From the NCBI GenBank assembly GCA_044507065.1, contig JBIQJY010000003.1, positions 7,592 through 71,591 of the forward strand: a stretch of 64,000 bases of DNA. Direction: 5' to 3'. A program made the translations under genes and the position numbers. The stretch is from Acidobacteriota bacterium. Lineage in GTDB: Bacteria; Acidobacteriota; Vicinamibacteria; Vicinamibacterales; SCN-69-37. The notes under the pieces were generated by a model that was given only the letters and a program-made list of their open reading frames with translations, was not told where the DNA came from and made no database searches. Below are positions 33,841-43,618 of this stretch, one piece after another (position 1 is the first letter of the stretch; each line of letters begins with the position of its first letter).

Positions 33841-36228
33841 TCACTCCCCGGTGCCGATGCGTGCGGCCAGGTCCCTGACCGTCGCGTCGCCGGGCCGCAG
33901 CCGGACGAGCCGCGCCACATACCCGCGCGCCTCAGCGAGCCGACCGGCCCGCTCGTTGTACAGCGCTGCCGCCACGAGCGTATCGACGTCGGCCGGATGA
34001 CGCGCGAGTGAAGCGCGAAGCACTGTCAACGCCTCCTCCGTCCGCCCGGCGTCGTTCAGCGCCACACCGTACACGTAGGCGTAGCGAGCCGATTCGGGCT
34101 CGAGGGTCGCGGCGCGCCCGAGCTGCTCGATCGCCTCCGGCAGGCGGCGCTGCCGTACGAGTGAGAGCCCCAGCGAATGACGAGCGGCGGCGTCGACCGG
34201 ATCGCGATCGACAGCGCTGCGCAGCGTCGCGTACGCATCCGCCTCGTTGCCGCGCAGCCGCTGTGCCTCGGCGAGGTTGACGTAGGCCGGCGCAAACCCC
34301 GGGTCGATCGCGATGGCCTCGCGAAAGGCCGCGATCGCCTCGTCCGCACGCCCACGGGCGAGCCACGCGGTGCCGAGGTTGACCTGTCCCTGCGGACGGT
34401 CGCCGTTGAAGCGCTGCTCGGCAACGAGTTCGGCAAAGGCAGCCTCGAACCTGTCGCGGTCGAAGCCCGTCAGCATCCGATCGGCGACGTCCGACACGGC
34501 CGTGGCGGCGGCAATGCGCACGGTCTTCACCGCATCGCCCAGCAGCGGCACGGCCAGCCGCAGCCGTTCGGCCTCGCCGCGCTGGCCCACGACGGCCAGC
34601 GCCGCGCGACGGACCATCGGACTGGGATCGCCGAGCAGGGAAGCCAGCGGCAGACCGGCCGCATTGTCGCGCGCAGCCGCCCTGGCGAGAGCGCTGGCGC
34701 GTGCAATCGCCGGCTGCTCGCGGTCGGACGCGATCTGTTGAAGCATCGACGACGCCCCAATGTCCCCGCTGTCGAGTGCCGCAAACGTGGATGCCATGGG
34801 CGGCACCGCGCCGGGAGCATGGCCTGTTGCCCGGCGGATCCGCTCGGTGGCCCACTCGGCGCTGCGATCCGCGTGGCAGGCCATCGTGCACGAATTCGGC
34901 ACGCCGAGGCTCGTCGTCAGGTCCGGCCGCGGAATGCGGAAGCTGTGATCGTGCCGGGGATCGACCTGCATGTACGTGGTCGTCGGCATGTGGCACGACG
35001 CGCAGGCCGCCCCGGGCGACCCGGGTTGGTGGAAGTGGTGCGCCGACGAGTCGAAGCGCGCGTCCTGGTGGCACTGGGTGCACGTGGCGTTGCCCGACAG
35101 CCGCAACCGGCCCGTGTGCGGGTTGTGGCAGTCGCTGCACGTCACGCCTTTCGCATACATGCGGCTCTGTACGAACGACCCGTACGTGTAGACCTCCTCA
35201 CGCTGCTGGCCGTCGACATGGTAGAGATCGGGCGCGAGAAGCGCCGGGCGAAAACCATTTTCCAATGGATCGCCCCCGTGCCAGTCGTCGGTCAGCTGTT
35301 CACGTCGCGCATGGCACCTCGCGCAGGCCTCGATCTCGACGCCCGTCCCCCGCGGCCGGCTGCGCACCGGGATCCCGGCCGCCGCGTCGAACGTCCACCG
35401 CACGCCGTCACGCTCGGTCAACCGCGCCGCGAGCCCGTAGTCATCCGTGCGCGTGCCGTCGCCGCCGGCCTGGGCCACATGTGCGCTGCCCGGACCATGA
35501 CACGACTCGCAGCCAACGCCGATCTCCGTCCAGGTCGTGTCGAACGTGCGCGACGCGACGTCGTACCCCTTGCGCAGGTTCGTCGCGTGACAGTCGGCGC
35601 ACATGAAGTTCCAGTTCTGGTCACGCCCCGTCCAGTGCAGTGGATCGCCCGCCGCGATGGTCTCGCCGGGATACAGGTGGAACCATCGCTGGCCGCCCTC
35701 GGCACGCGGACGCGTGTCCCACGCGATGCTGAGCGCCTGCAGCCGACCGCCGGGGAGCGCCACGAGATACTGCTGCAGCGGCTCCACGCCAAACGTGTAG
35801 GCGATCTCGAACTCGGCCAGGTGTCCGTCGGGCCCGTCCGTGCGGACGAAGTAGTCGCCATTGCGGCGAAAGAACGTGGACGTCACCCCGCCGTAGCGCA
35901 CCTGCGCATCGTCGAAATCACCCCGCACTGTTTCTTCGGTGGGCACGGCCATGGCGGCGGCATGCTGCGAGCGTTGCCACTCGGCGGCTGCATCGCGATG
36001 ACAACCCGCGCACGCCTCGCTGCCGACATAGGTCGCCTGCACGGATCCAGCGACATTCCCTGCGGTCTGTTCAGGTGTGGGATGGGATCGCCACCAGAAC
36101 GCCACGGCGAGCCCTGCCGCGACGACGAGCCCGACGGCAGCCCGACGCCGCCAGGCGGCGCCGGCGGCTGCCCGCGACGGACCATGAGCGTTCGGCCGAC
36201 GATCTTTCCCGCGAACGCCTTGCGCCAT
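33841..36228 (-). CDS. multihaem c-type cytochrome fused to C-terminal TPR repeats
   Basis: N-terminal TM anchor. Seven CxxCH motifs (CAGCH, CADCH, CESCH, CARCH, CSDCH, CTQCH, CASCH) plus one CxxxCH (CTMACH). The C-terminal half is TPR-like (AIAAFREAIAIDPGFAPAYVNLAEA...). Confidence 0.9.
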   Translation of the reverse strand: MAQGVRGKDRRPNAHGPSRAAAGAAWRRRAAVGLVVAAGLAVAFWWRSHPTPEQTAGNVAGSVQATYVGSEACAGCHRDAAAEWQRSQHAAAMAVPTEETVRGDFDDAQVRYGGVTSTFFRRNGDYFVRTDGPDGHLAEFEIAYTFGVEPLQQYLVALPGGRLQALSIAWDTRPRAEGGQRWFHLYPGETIAAGDPLHWTGRDQNWNFMCADCHATNLRKGYDVASRTFDTTWTEIGVGCESCHGPGSAHVAQAGGDGTRTDDYGLAARLTERDGVRWTFDAAAGIPVRSRPRGTGVEIEACARCHARREQLTDDWHGGDPLENGFRPALLAPDLYHVDGQQREEVYTYGSFVQSRMYAKGVTCSDCHNPHTGRLRLSGNATCTQCHQDARFDSSAHHFHQPGSPGAACASCHMPTTTYMQVDPRHDHSFRIPRPDLTTSLGVPNSCTMACHADRSAEWATERIRRATGHAPGAVPPMASTFAALDSGDIGASSMLQQIASDREQPAIARASALARAAARDNAAGLPLASLLGDPSPMVRRAALAVVGQRGEAERLRLAVPLLGDAVKTVRIAAATAVSDVADRMLTGFDRDRFEAAFAELVAEQRFNGDRPQGQVNLGTAWLARGRADEAIAAFREAIAIDPGFAPAYVNLAEAQRLRGNEADAYATLRSAVDRDPVDAAARHSLGLSLVRQRRLPEAIEQLGRAATLEPESARYAYVYGVALNDAGRTEEALTVLRASLARHPADVDTLVAAALYNERAGRLAEARGYVARLVRLRPGDATVRDLAARIGTGE

Positions 36229-36239
36229 GTCGGCAGCGG

Positions 36240-38231
36240 CTAGCGCAGATCCTGCGCAATGGCGGTCTTGAGCGCCGCACGATAATCGCCGCGAGCGGGC
36301 GGCGTGGTCCCAAGCGGGATGGCGTCGATTGCCGCCTTCTCGGCGGCTGTCAGGTCGACGAACTGGTTCAGCGCATAGAGCGCGAACTGCGTGACGGGGA
36401 CGCCGCCGCCCTTCGCGGGATCGGCGTCGGCCAGCAGGACGGCCACGGCGCGCGATCGCAACGCCGACGCGCCGAACCGTCCGATCGCCTCGGCTGCGAC
36501 GATGCGCGGGCCTGGCTCGGGGTCCGACAGCAGCCGTTCGAGATCGGCGCCCGCCGCCGAGACCCCGTCGCGTGCGCGAATGAGCGCGCCTGTCGCCGCC
36601 CAGTAGCGCACCACCGGATCGGCGTCGGCCAGGCCGGGGCGGATTGCGTCGAAGGACACCGCGCGGTCCGATGCCCGTTGCGCCGCGGCATACACACGAT
36701 CGAAGTCGTAGCGCGCGGCATCGTGCCCGCGTTCGTAGGGCGTTGCGGCCACGTCGGTCCGGTGGATTTCGTATTCAGGCAGGAACCCGACATCGCGAAT
36801 CTCGCGGGCGTGCGCATCGAGCGCGGCCCGCATCCGCCGCAGGACCGCACCGTGCGCGGGCGAGGACGCGAGGTTGCGTGTCTCGTGGCGATCCTCCTGG
36901 AGGTCGTAGAGTTCCTCGGTCGGCTTCGCCTCCCAGAAGTACGTCTGTGGCGGCTGCAGGCGCCCTTCGTCGTACATGCGCTTCCAGACAGCCGTCGTGG
37001 GCGTCTGGAACAGATACTGGACGTACTGTCCGTACGGACGATGGGGCATGTAGTTGCGCAGATAGACGTAGCGTTCGTCGCGCACGCTGCGGGTGAGGTC
37101 GTAGCGTTCATCCATGCGACCGCGGAACCCGTACACATACTCGGGGTCCGGCGTCGTGAACGGCCCCATGAACGCGCGGCCCTGCATCGTCTCCGGCGGC
37201 TGTACGCCCGCGAGGCTGAGCAGCGTGGGTGGCAGATCCACGAACGACACCAGGCGATCGCTCACGCTGCCCGGCCGCGACGCCTCGGCGGGCCCGAGCG
37301 TGCGGAACCGCTCCGGCACGTACACGATGAGCGGCACGTGCAGGCCCGAGTTGTACGGATAGCGTTTCGATCGCGGAAGACCGGCGCCGTGGTCACCGAA
37401 GTACATCACGATGGTGTCGTCGGCCAGGCCAGCCGCCTCGAGCTCGGCGAGCCGCTCGCCGGCCTGCGCGTCCATCTCGGTGATGCGATCGTAGTACTGG
37501 GCCCAGTCCTCGCGTGTTTCCCGCACGTTGGGCATGTAGGGCGGCACGGGCGCGGCGTCGACGTCGTGCACCCAGGTGTGAGGGCGCGTGCGCACCTGGC
37601 TCTCGTGGGTGGTGGTGAAATTGAAGACGGCGAAGAACGGCTGGTCGGCCGCCCGGTTCCTCCAGTGTGCCGTGGCCGATGACTCATCCCACGTCTTCTC
37701 GACTTCGGCGTAGTTGTAGTCGGTCTTGCTGTTGTTGGTCGCGTAGTAGCCGTGCTCGCGCAAGAGCGCCGGGTAGAGCCGGATCGACGCGGGCAGCGGC
37801 ACGAGGCTGCGCATATGCTCGCCGCCCGTCGACGGAGGGTGCACCCCGGTGATGAGCGCGGTGCGCGACGCGCCGCATACCGGTCCATTCGACCACGCCA
37901 CCCGGTAGCGGTAACCGCGCGCCGCCAGCGCGTCGAGGTTGGGCGTGGTGGCATAGCGGTCGCCATACGCGCCCAGTTCGGGACCGTTGTCCTCGCTCGT
38001 GATCCACAGGATGTTCGGCCGGTCCACCGCCTGCGCAGCGACGATGTCGGGACCGGGACCGACGCCCGCAAGACGCGCGATCGACAGCAGGAGCGCCGCC
38101 AGGAGCGCGACCGGCGCGATGCGCCCCAGCCATGACGACCCGCCGCCCCTTCCCGTCTGCCGCTTTCGGAACAACCACATGCTGGGCATCTCCGGTGCGA
38201 ATCCGCCGGCCGCTGCCGGCGGGCCGGGCAA
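36240..38231 (-). CDS. sulfatase (arylsulfatase A family) with C-terminal HEAT-like repeats
   Basis: NILWITSEDNG and the formylglycine motif variant CGASRTALITG. C-terminal HEAT-like DADPVVRYWAA. The start may be the internal ATG (MWLFRKRQ..., about 38180). Confidence 0.85.
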   Translation of the reverse strand: MPGPPAAAGGFAPEMPSMWLFRKRQTGRGGGSSWLGRIAPVALLAALLLSIARLAGVGPGPDIVAAQAVDRPNILWITSEDNGPELGAYGDRYATTPNLDALAARGYRYRVAWSNGPVCGASRTALITGVHPPSTGGEHMRSLVPLPASIRLYPALLREHGYYATNNSKTDYNYAEVEKTWDESSATAHWRNRAADQPFFAVFNFTTTHESQVRTRPHTWVHDVDAAPVPPYMPNVRETREDWAQYYDRITEMDAQAGERLAELEAAGLADDTIVMYFGDHGAGLPRSKRYPYNSGLHVPLIVYVPERFRTLGPAEASRPGSVSDRLVSFVDLPPTLLSLAGVQPPETMQGRAFMGPFTTPDPEYVYGFRGRMDERYDLTRSVRDERYVYLRNYMPHRPYGQYVQYLFQTPTTAVWKRMYDEGRLQPPQTYFWEAKPTEELYDLQEDRHETRNLASSPAHGAVLRRMRAALDAHAREIRDVGFLPEYEIHRTDVAATPYERGHDAARYDFDRVYAAAQRASDRAVSFDAIRPGLADADPVVRYWAATGALIRARDGVSAAGADLERLLSDPEPGPRIVAAEAIGRFGASALRSRAVAVLLADADPAKGGGVPVTQFALYALNQFVDLTAAEKAAIDAIPLGTTPPARGDYRAALKTAIAQDLR

Positions 38232-38252
38232 CGCAGCGTCCCGCCGCCGTTG

Positions 38253-39809
38253 CTACCTGATGTCGGCGTCGGGCAGTTGTTGCCCGATGCCTTCGTCGAG
38301 CGGCATCACGTCGGGCCAGGCCCCCAGGGCCTTCAGCTGCACGTCGAGCTGGGCGTGCATCCCGGCCACCCGCGCACGGTGACGGGGATCGTCGATCAGG
38401 TTCACCAGTTCGTCGGGATCCTCGGCGAGGTGATACAGCTCGGCTTTGTGCGGCGTCGGCGAGTTCGGATAGCGGACGTACTTCCATTCCTCGGTCCGCA
38501 GCGCACGCACGTTCGGCGTATAGGGGAACTGACGCTCGTAGTTGTACAGGTAGACGTAGTTCTCCCGCCAGTCGTCGACGGCCTCGCCACTGGCCAGCGC
38601 CTTCCACGATCGGCCGTGCCGCCACCCGGTGGCATCGAGCCCGGCCAGGTCGGCAATCGTCGGTGCAAAGTCGGTCGTCAGCACCATCCGGTCGATCACG
38701 CGCGGCGAGGTTGGCGGCGTCAGGCCCGGATACCTCACGACGAGCGGCACGCGGATGCTCGGCTCGTGCGCCGTGCGCTTGTCGATCATGCCGTGCTCGC
38801 CGTTGAGGATGCCGTGATCCGACGTGAAGATGAACACGGTGTTGTCGAGTTGCCCGGTTTCCTCGAGCGCTGCATACAGGCGGCCGACACTGTCGTCGAC
38901 GCTCAGGATGGTCTGCCAGTACGCGCGCACCATGTTTTCGAAGGCGGCAACGCCGGCCGGCGTGCGATCCGGGAACTGCTTGCGATAGTCGAAGAGCGGA
39001 CCATAGATGCCGTGCCAGGTCGGCAGCCGATCCTTGTACCAGTCCGGCTTGTCGTCGAGCATGAAGGCCGAGGCCGGATAGGGCACCTGAACGTCGCTGA
39101 AGGCGTCCTTGTACTTGTCCTCCGGGAAGTAGAAGCTGTGGGGCGCCTTGTGGCCGACCATGATCGACCACGGCCGATCGTTCGACCGCCCCCGGATCCA
39201 TTCCTCGGCCAGATCCGTCACGACGTGCGTGTAATAGCCGGGAATCACCCGGCGGTCGCCGCCGTTGATGCGCCACTCGGTATCGAAATACTGGCCCTGT
39301 CCGCGATGCGTCGCGAAATAGTCGAAACCCGGGCGAGGGTCGTCGTTGTTCTCGCCCATGTGGTATTTCCCGATGTAGGCCGTCTCGTAGCCGGCCCGCT
39401 GCAACTCGAGGGGCCACGTCCGGGTGTCCTCGGGGAACTCCGTGAAGTTGTCGCGCACACCGTGCGCGTGGGCGTACATGCCCGTCAGGATCGAGGCGCG
39501 GCTCGGCGAGCACAGCGCGGTCGTGGCGAAGGCGTTCCGGAAGTAGACGCCCTCGCGCCCAATACGATCGATGTTCGGCGTGGCCGGCGTCTCGTGGCCC
39601 GACAGCGAGATCGCGTCCCACCGCTGGTCGTCGGTCAGGACGAACACGATGTTCGGGCGCGAGGCGGCCTGCGATCCACCGACACCGGCCGGCGCGGTGT
39701 TCGTCCGGGCCGACCCGCCGTCACCGCAGCCGGCCACGGCCAGAACCACCGCCAGACCTGCCCACAGCCACAGTCGTTCCTTGTGCATGCGGCACAGTAT
39801 TGCAGACAC
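38253..39809 (-). CDS. sulfatase (N-acetylglucosamine-6-sulfatase-like) lipoprotein
   Basis: Lipobox [19 protein letters not shown], and the canonical formylglycine motif [11 protein letters not shown]. Confidence 0.9.
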   Translation of the reverse strand: MSAILCRMHKERLWLWAGLAVVLAVAGCGDGGSARTNTAPAGVGGSQAASRPNIVFVLTDDQRWDAISLSGHETPATPNIDRIGREGVYFRNAFATTALCSPSRASILTGMYAHAHGVRDNFTEFPEDTRTWPLELQRAGYETAYIGKYHMGENNDDPRPGFDYFATHRGQGQYFDTEWRINGGDRRVIPGYYTHVVTDLAEEWIRGRSNDRPWSIMVGHKAPHSFYFPEDKYKDAFSDVQVPYPASAFMLDDKPDWYKDRLPTWHGIYGPLFDYRKQFPDRTPAGVAAFENMVRAYWQTILSVDDSVGRLYAALEETGQLDNTVFIFTSDHGILNGEHGMIDKRTAHEPSIRVPLVVRYPGLTPPTSPRVIDRMVLTTDFAPTIADLAGLDATGWRHGRSWKALASGEAVDDWRENYVYLYNYERQFPYTPNVRALRTEEWKYVRYPNSPTPHKAELYHLAEDPDELVNLIDDPRHRARVAGMHAQLDVQLKALGAWPDVMPLDEGIGQQLPDADIR

Positions 39810-39842
39810 GTCCGGTCCTGTCAGCCGGAAGGGGCCCGATCC

Positions 39843-39872
39843 TTGACCCCCCTGTCCCCTGCAACCTATACT
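39843..39872 (+). promoter_or_regulatory. candidate sigma-70 promoter of the thr leader/operon
   Basis: TTGACC (39843-39848), 18-nt spacer, TATACT (39867-39872). The predicted TSS is only a few nt before the leader ATG. Confidence 0.45.
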
Positions 39873-39881
39873 TCCAAGGCA

Positions 39882-39977
39882 ATGCTGCCCGGCTGCCCCA
39901 TTACGATTACGCCCATGACGACGCGGACCATGAAGGGCCGCGAGGCTGGTGGAGTTGTCGCTCAGGCTGCACGTTAA
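39882..39977 (+). CDS. 31-codon leader peptide rich in Thr/Ile codons ([31 protein letters not shown])
   Basis: ATG 39882, TAA 39975-39977. Codons 7-16 read [10 protein letters not shown] (ATT ACG ATT ACG CCC ATG ACG ACG CGG ACC). Lies between the promoter and an intrinsic terminator, upstream of thrB. Confidence 0.5.
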   Translation: MLPGCPITITPMTTRTMKGREAGGVVAQAAR

Positions 39978-40006
39978 GGACAGACCGTAGAGACAAGACA
40001 GCGCCC

Positions 40007-40038
40007 GCCGGCCTCACCTGAGGGCCGGCTTTTTTTTT
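40007..40038 (+). terminator. rho-independent terminator in the thr operon leader
   Basis: GCCGGCC(TC) at 40007-40015 pairs with (GAGG)GCCGGC at 40020-40029, followed by nine consecutive T (40030-40038). No plus-strand gene lies upstream for it to terminate. Confidence 0.75.
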
Positions 40039-40083
40039 GACGTTTTGCGGTGTTCCGGCCACTTCCGGGCCCGCCACTGGTTC

Positions 40084-41031
40084 ATGACACAGACTCCCGT
40101 CGGTCCCGGACACGAGATTTCGGTCCCGGGCTCGATCAGCAATCTGGGCCCGGCATTCGACGCCCTCAGCGTGGCGGTCGACGTCGATCTCCGGCTTCGC
40201 CTGCTCGACGTCGGCGCCGTGGACGCGTCGGCCAGCCCGATCTTCGAGGGCGACGTGCCGGCCACCGGTGAGAACCGCATCACCACCGGTTTCCTGGCCG
40301 CCAGGGCCGCCTTTGGCGATGCGGCCCCGGCCGTTCGCGTCTCGGTCCAGAGCGGCATTCCGATGAAGGCGGGACTCGGCAGCAGCGCCGCGGCCACTGT
40401 CGCGGGCCTGCGCCTCTACGAGGCGCTCACGAGCCCGCGTGACCCCGATGCCCTCATGGCCATCGCGACCCGCATCGAGGGACACCCCGACAACGCCGCA
40501 GCCGCGCTGCTCGGCGGGCTCACCCTCAGCTGCGAGCGGGAGGACGGCCGCGTCATCGTCTCGTCGTGGGAGTGGCCCGCCGACCTCCGGTTCGTGGTCG
40601 GCACGCCGGAAGCCGAGCTCGAAACCGCATTCGCACGCAAGGTGCTGGCGCCGCAGATCGACCGTGGCGACGCCATCTTCAACCTCCAGCGCGCGCTCCT
40701 GCTCGTGCGCGCCCTCGACACGCGGCGGTACGAAGACCTGCGAGAAGCCCTGCGGGACCGCTGGCACCAGCCGGCGCGCGCGCAGTACGTGCCCGGCCTC
40801 AACCAGGCCATGGCCCTCGATCATCCCGCCGTGCTCGGTGTGTGCCTGAGCGGCGCGGGACCGTCCATTGCGCTCCTCGCCACCGACCGCCATGCCGAGG
40901 CCGCCGGGCTGCTCGGCGGCATCTACGCCGGGATCGGCGTGCCGTGTACGATCAGGACGCTCACGGCCCGTCTGCCCATCGCCCATCGCCAGTCGCCAGT
41001 CGCCAGTCGTCTTTCGCCGGAATTCACATGA
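40084..41031 (+). CDS. thrB: homoserine kinase
   Basis: ATG 40084 (MTQTPVGPGHEISVPGSISNLGPAFDAL). GHMP kinase motif PMKAGLGSSAAATVAG. Confidence 0.9.
   Translation: MTQTPVGPGHEISVPGSISNLGPAFDALSVAVDVDLRLRLLDVGAVDASASPIFEGDVPATGENRITTGFLAARAAFGDAAPAVRVSVQSGIPMKAGLGSSAAATVAGLRLYEALTSPRDPDALMAIATRIEGHPDNAAAALLGGLTLSCEREDGRVIVSSWEWPADLRFVVGTPEAELETAFARKVLAPQIDRGDAIFNLQRALLLVRALDTRRYEDLREALRDRWHQPARAQYVPGLNQAMALDHPAVLGVCLSGAGPSIALLATDRHAEAAGLLGGIYAGIGVPCTIRTLTARLPIAHRQSPVASRLSPEFT
40974..41008 (+). repeat. five tandem heptanucleotides (GCCCATC x2, GCCAGTC x3) inside the thrB 3' end
   Basis: Read directly at 40974-41008. Encodes the IAHRQSPVASR tail, 20 nt before the thrC-like start. Confidence 0.8.
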
Positions 41032-42266
41032 GATTCAGTCTTCGCTGCCACATCTGCCACGCGTCGTTCCCCTCCTCTGCGCTGTTCGTGTGTGACAAGT
41101 GCATGGGGCCGCTCGAGGTCCACTTCGACTACGACGCGGTGAAGAAGGTGATCTCGCGCGAGCGCATCGAGCGCGGTCCGCTCAGCATCTGGCGCTATCA
41201 GCCGCTGCTGCCGATCGAGGGCGAGCCGCGGACCGGCCTCCATTCCGGGTACACGCCACTCGTGAAGGCGGACCGGCTGGCGAAGCGCCTCGGCGTCCGC
41301 GAGCTGTACGTGAAGGACGATTCGGTGAACCACCCGACCTGCTCGTACAAGGATCGCGTGGTGTCGGTGGCCGCCACGCGCGCGGTCGAACTCGGCTTCA
41401 CCGTGTTCGCGTGCGCGTCGACCGGCAACCTCGCGGGCAGTGTGGCGGCACACGCCGCGCGGCTCGGGCTGGCCTGCTCGGTCTTCATCCCGGACGACCT
41501 CGAGGTCGGCAAGGTGACCGGCGCGGCTGTCTACAACCCGCGCATCATCTCGGTCCGCGGCAACTACGACGACGTGAACCGGCTGTGCACACAGGTGGCC
41601 GACCAGTATGGCTGGGGTTTCGCCAACATCAACCTGCGCGCCTACTACGCCGAGGGCGCCAAGACGTACGGCTTCGAGATCGTCGAGCAGCTCGGCTGGA
41701 AGGTGCCGCGGCACATCGTCTCGCCGGTGGCCGGCGGCACGCTGCTGCCACGCATCCTGAAGGGCATCAATGAATTCCGATCGCTCGGCCTCGTCGACGG
41801 TGACGAGCCGCGCGTCTACGCGGCGCAGGCCGCCGGATGTTCGCCGGTCGTCGACGCGCTCGACCAGGGCGTCGAGTTTCCCGATCCCGTCAAACCCAGC
41901 ACCATCGCGAAATCCATTGCCATCGGCAATCCCGCAGACGGATTCCAGGTCGTCAGCGCCGTCCGATCGACCGGCGGCGCGGGCGAGCGGGTGAGCGAGG
42001 ACGCCATCATCGCCGGCATCCAGCTGCTTGCCGAGACCGAGGGCATCTTCACCGAGCCGGCCGGCGGCGTGACGGTGGCAGCCACGAAACAGCTGATCGA
42101 GCGCGGCGTGATTCCACCCGACGAATCGATCGTGATCTGCGTGACGGGCAACGGCTACAAGACGGTCGAGGTCCTGCACGGCAAGGGGCCCGCGCCCATC
42201 CACATCGGCCGCTCGCTTGCCGATTTCGAGGCCGCCGTCGGCCGCCAGCAGGTGACCCAGCCATGA
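41028..42266 (+). CDS. threonine-synthase-family PLP enzyme, paralogue 1 (archaeal-like, N-terminal Cys4 ribbon)
   Basis: ATGA overlap with thrB. Has CHICH...CDKC and the PLP-lysine motif HPTCSYKDR. 412 aa. Confidence 0.8.
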   Translation: MRFSLRCHICHASFPSSALFVCDKCMGPLEVHFDYDAVKKVISRERIERGPLSIWRYQPLLPIEGEPRTGLHSGYTPLVKADRLAKRLGVRELYVKDDSVNHPTCSYKDRVVSVAATRAVELGFTVFACASTGNLAGSVAAHAARLGLACSVFIPDDLEVGKVTGAAVYNPRIISVRGNYDDVNRLCTQVADQYGWGFANINLRAYYAEGAKTYGFEIVEQLGWKVPRHIVSPVAGGTLLPRILKGINEFRSLGLVDGDEPRVYAAQAAGCSPVVDALDQGVEFPDPVKPSTIAKSIAIGNPADGFQVVSAVRSTGGAGERVSEDAIIAGIQLLAETEGIFTEPAGGVTVAATKQLIERGVIPPDESIVICVTGNGYKTVEVLHGKGPAPIHIGRSLADFEAAVGRQQVTQP

Positions 42267-43618
42267 GCGAACGCGCATACACGGCCGTCTTCCGCTGTGC
42301 CTCGGGCTGTCCGGGCGATCATTCCATCTGGCAGCCGCTCTACAACTGCCCGACCTGCGGCGATCTGCTCCAGGTGGTCCACGACGTGAGCGCGCTCCGC
42401 CAGCGCGGCCCGACCGCGTGGATGCGCTTGTTCGAGGGGCGCTACAAGCACACCACCTGGCCCTATGGTTCCGGCGTCTGGGGCAAGAAGGAATGGGTGT
42501 GCCCCGAGCTGCGCAACGAGAACATCGTGTCGATGGACGAAGGCGGCACGAACCTGTTCTGGGCCGAACGCTACGGACACCAGCTGGGCCTCGACGATCT
42601 CTGGGTGAAGATGTGCGGCAACTCGCACACCGGATCGTTCAAGGACCTCGGCATGACGGTCCTCGTCTCGGTCGTCAAGCAGATGATTGCCAACGGCTCG
42701 CCCGTGCGCGCGGTGGCCTGCGCGTCGACCGGTGATACGTCAGCGGCGCTCGCGGCCTATGCCGCCTCGGCCGGGATTCCCGCCATCGTGTTCCTGCCGC
42801 GGGGTCTCGTCACGCCGGCCCAGCTCGTCCAGCCGCTGTCGAACGGGGCCAAGGTGCTCGCGCTCGACACCGACTTCGACGGGTGCATGAAGATCGTCCA
42901 GCGGCTCGTCAAGGAAGAGGGCGTGTACCTCGCCAACTCGATGAACAGCCTCCGGATCGAGGGACAGAAGACCATTTCGGTCGAGATCGTCCAGCAGTTC
43001 GACTGGCAGGTGCCCGACTGGGTGATCATCCCTGGCGGCAACCTCGGCAACGTCAGCGCGCTTGGCGCCGGCTTCGACCTGATGTTCGAGCTGGGCCTGA
43101 TCGACAAGCGCCCGCGCATCGTCGTGGCGCAGGCCGAGGCGGCCAACCCGCTCTATCTCGCCTACCGGAACGACTGGCGCTTCGAGCCCATCACCGCGAA
43201 GCCGACGATGGCCTCGGCCATCCGCATCGGCAATCCGGTCTCGATCCGCAAGGCCATCGCCACGCTGCAGCGCTACGGCGGCATGGTCGAACAGGCCAGC
43301 GAGGACGAACTGGCCGACGCGGCCGCGCGCGCCGACATGACGGGCATGTTCAACTGCCCGCACACCGGCGTGGCGCTCGCTGCCCTCGAGAAGCTCGCCG
43401 GGCGCGGCGAGATCAAGGGATCCGATCGCGTCGTCGTGATTTCGACCGCCACCGGGCTGAAGTTCACCGATTTCAAGATCGCGTATCACGCCGCCGATGA
43501 CGGCCGGCCGCCGCGCAAGTACGCCAACGCGCCCATCGAACTGCCGAACGACTACGACGCCGTGCGACGGGTGATCGACGAGGCGGCGCTGGCCAGCCGC
43601 CAGGCGGCCCGCTCATGA
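42263..43618 (+). CDS. thrC: threonine synthase, paralogue 2 (plant/cyanobacterial-like class)
   Basis: ATGA overlap with paralogue 1. Has CASGC...CPTCG and [15 protein letters not shown]. 451 aa. Confidence 0.9.
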   Translation: MSERAYTAVFRCASGCPGDHSIWQPLYNCPTCGDLLQVVHDVSALRQRGPTAWMRLFEGRYKHTTWPYGSGVWGKKEWVCPELRNENIVSMDEGGTNLFWAERYGHQLGLDDLWVKMCGNSHTGSFKDLGMTVLVSVVKQMIANGSPVRAVACASTGDTSAALAAYAASAGIPAIVFLPRGLVTPAQLVQPLSNGAKVLALDTDFDGCMKIVQRLVKEEGVYLANSMNSLRIEGQKTISVEIVQQFDWQVPDWVIIPGGNLGNVSALGAGFDLMFELGLIDKRPRIVVAQAEAANPLYLAYRNDWRFEPITAKPTMASAIRIGNPVSIRKAIATLQRYGGMVEQASEDELADAAARADMTGMFNCPHTGVALAALEKLAGRGEIKGSDRVVVISTATGLKFTDFKIAYHAADDGRPPRKYANAPIELPNDYDAVRRVIDEAALASRQAARS

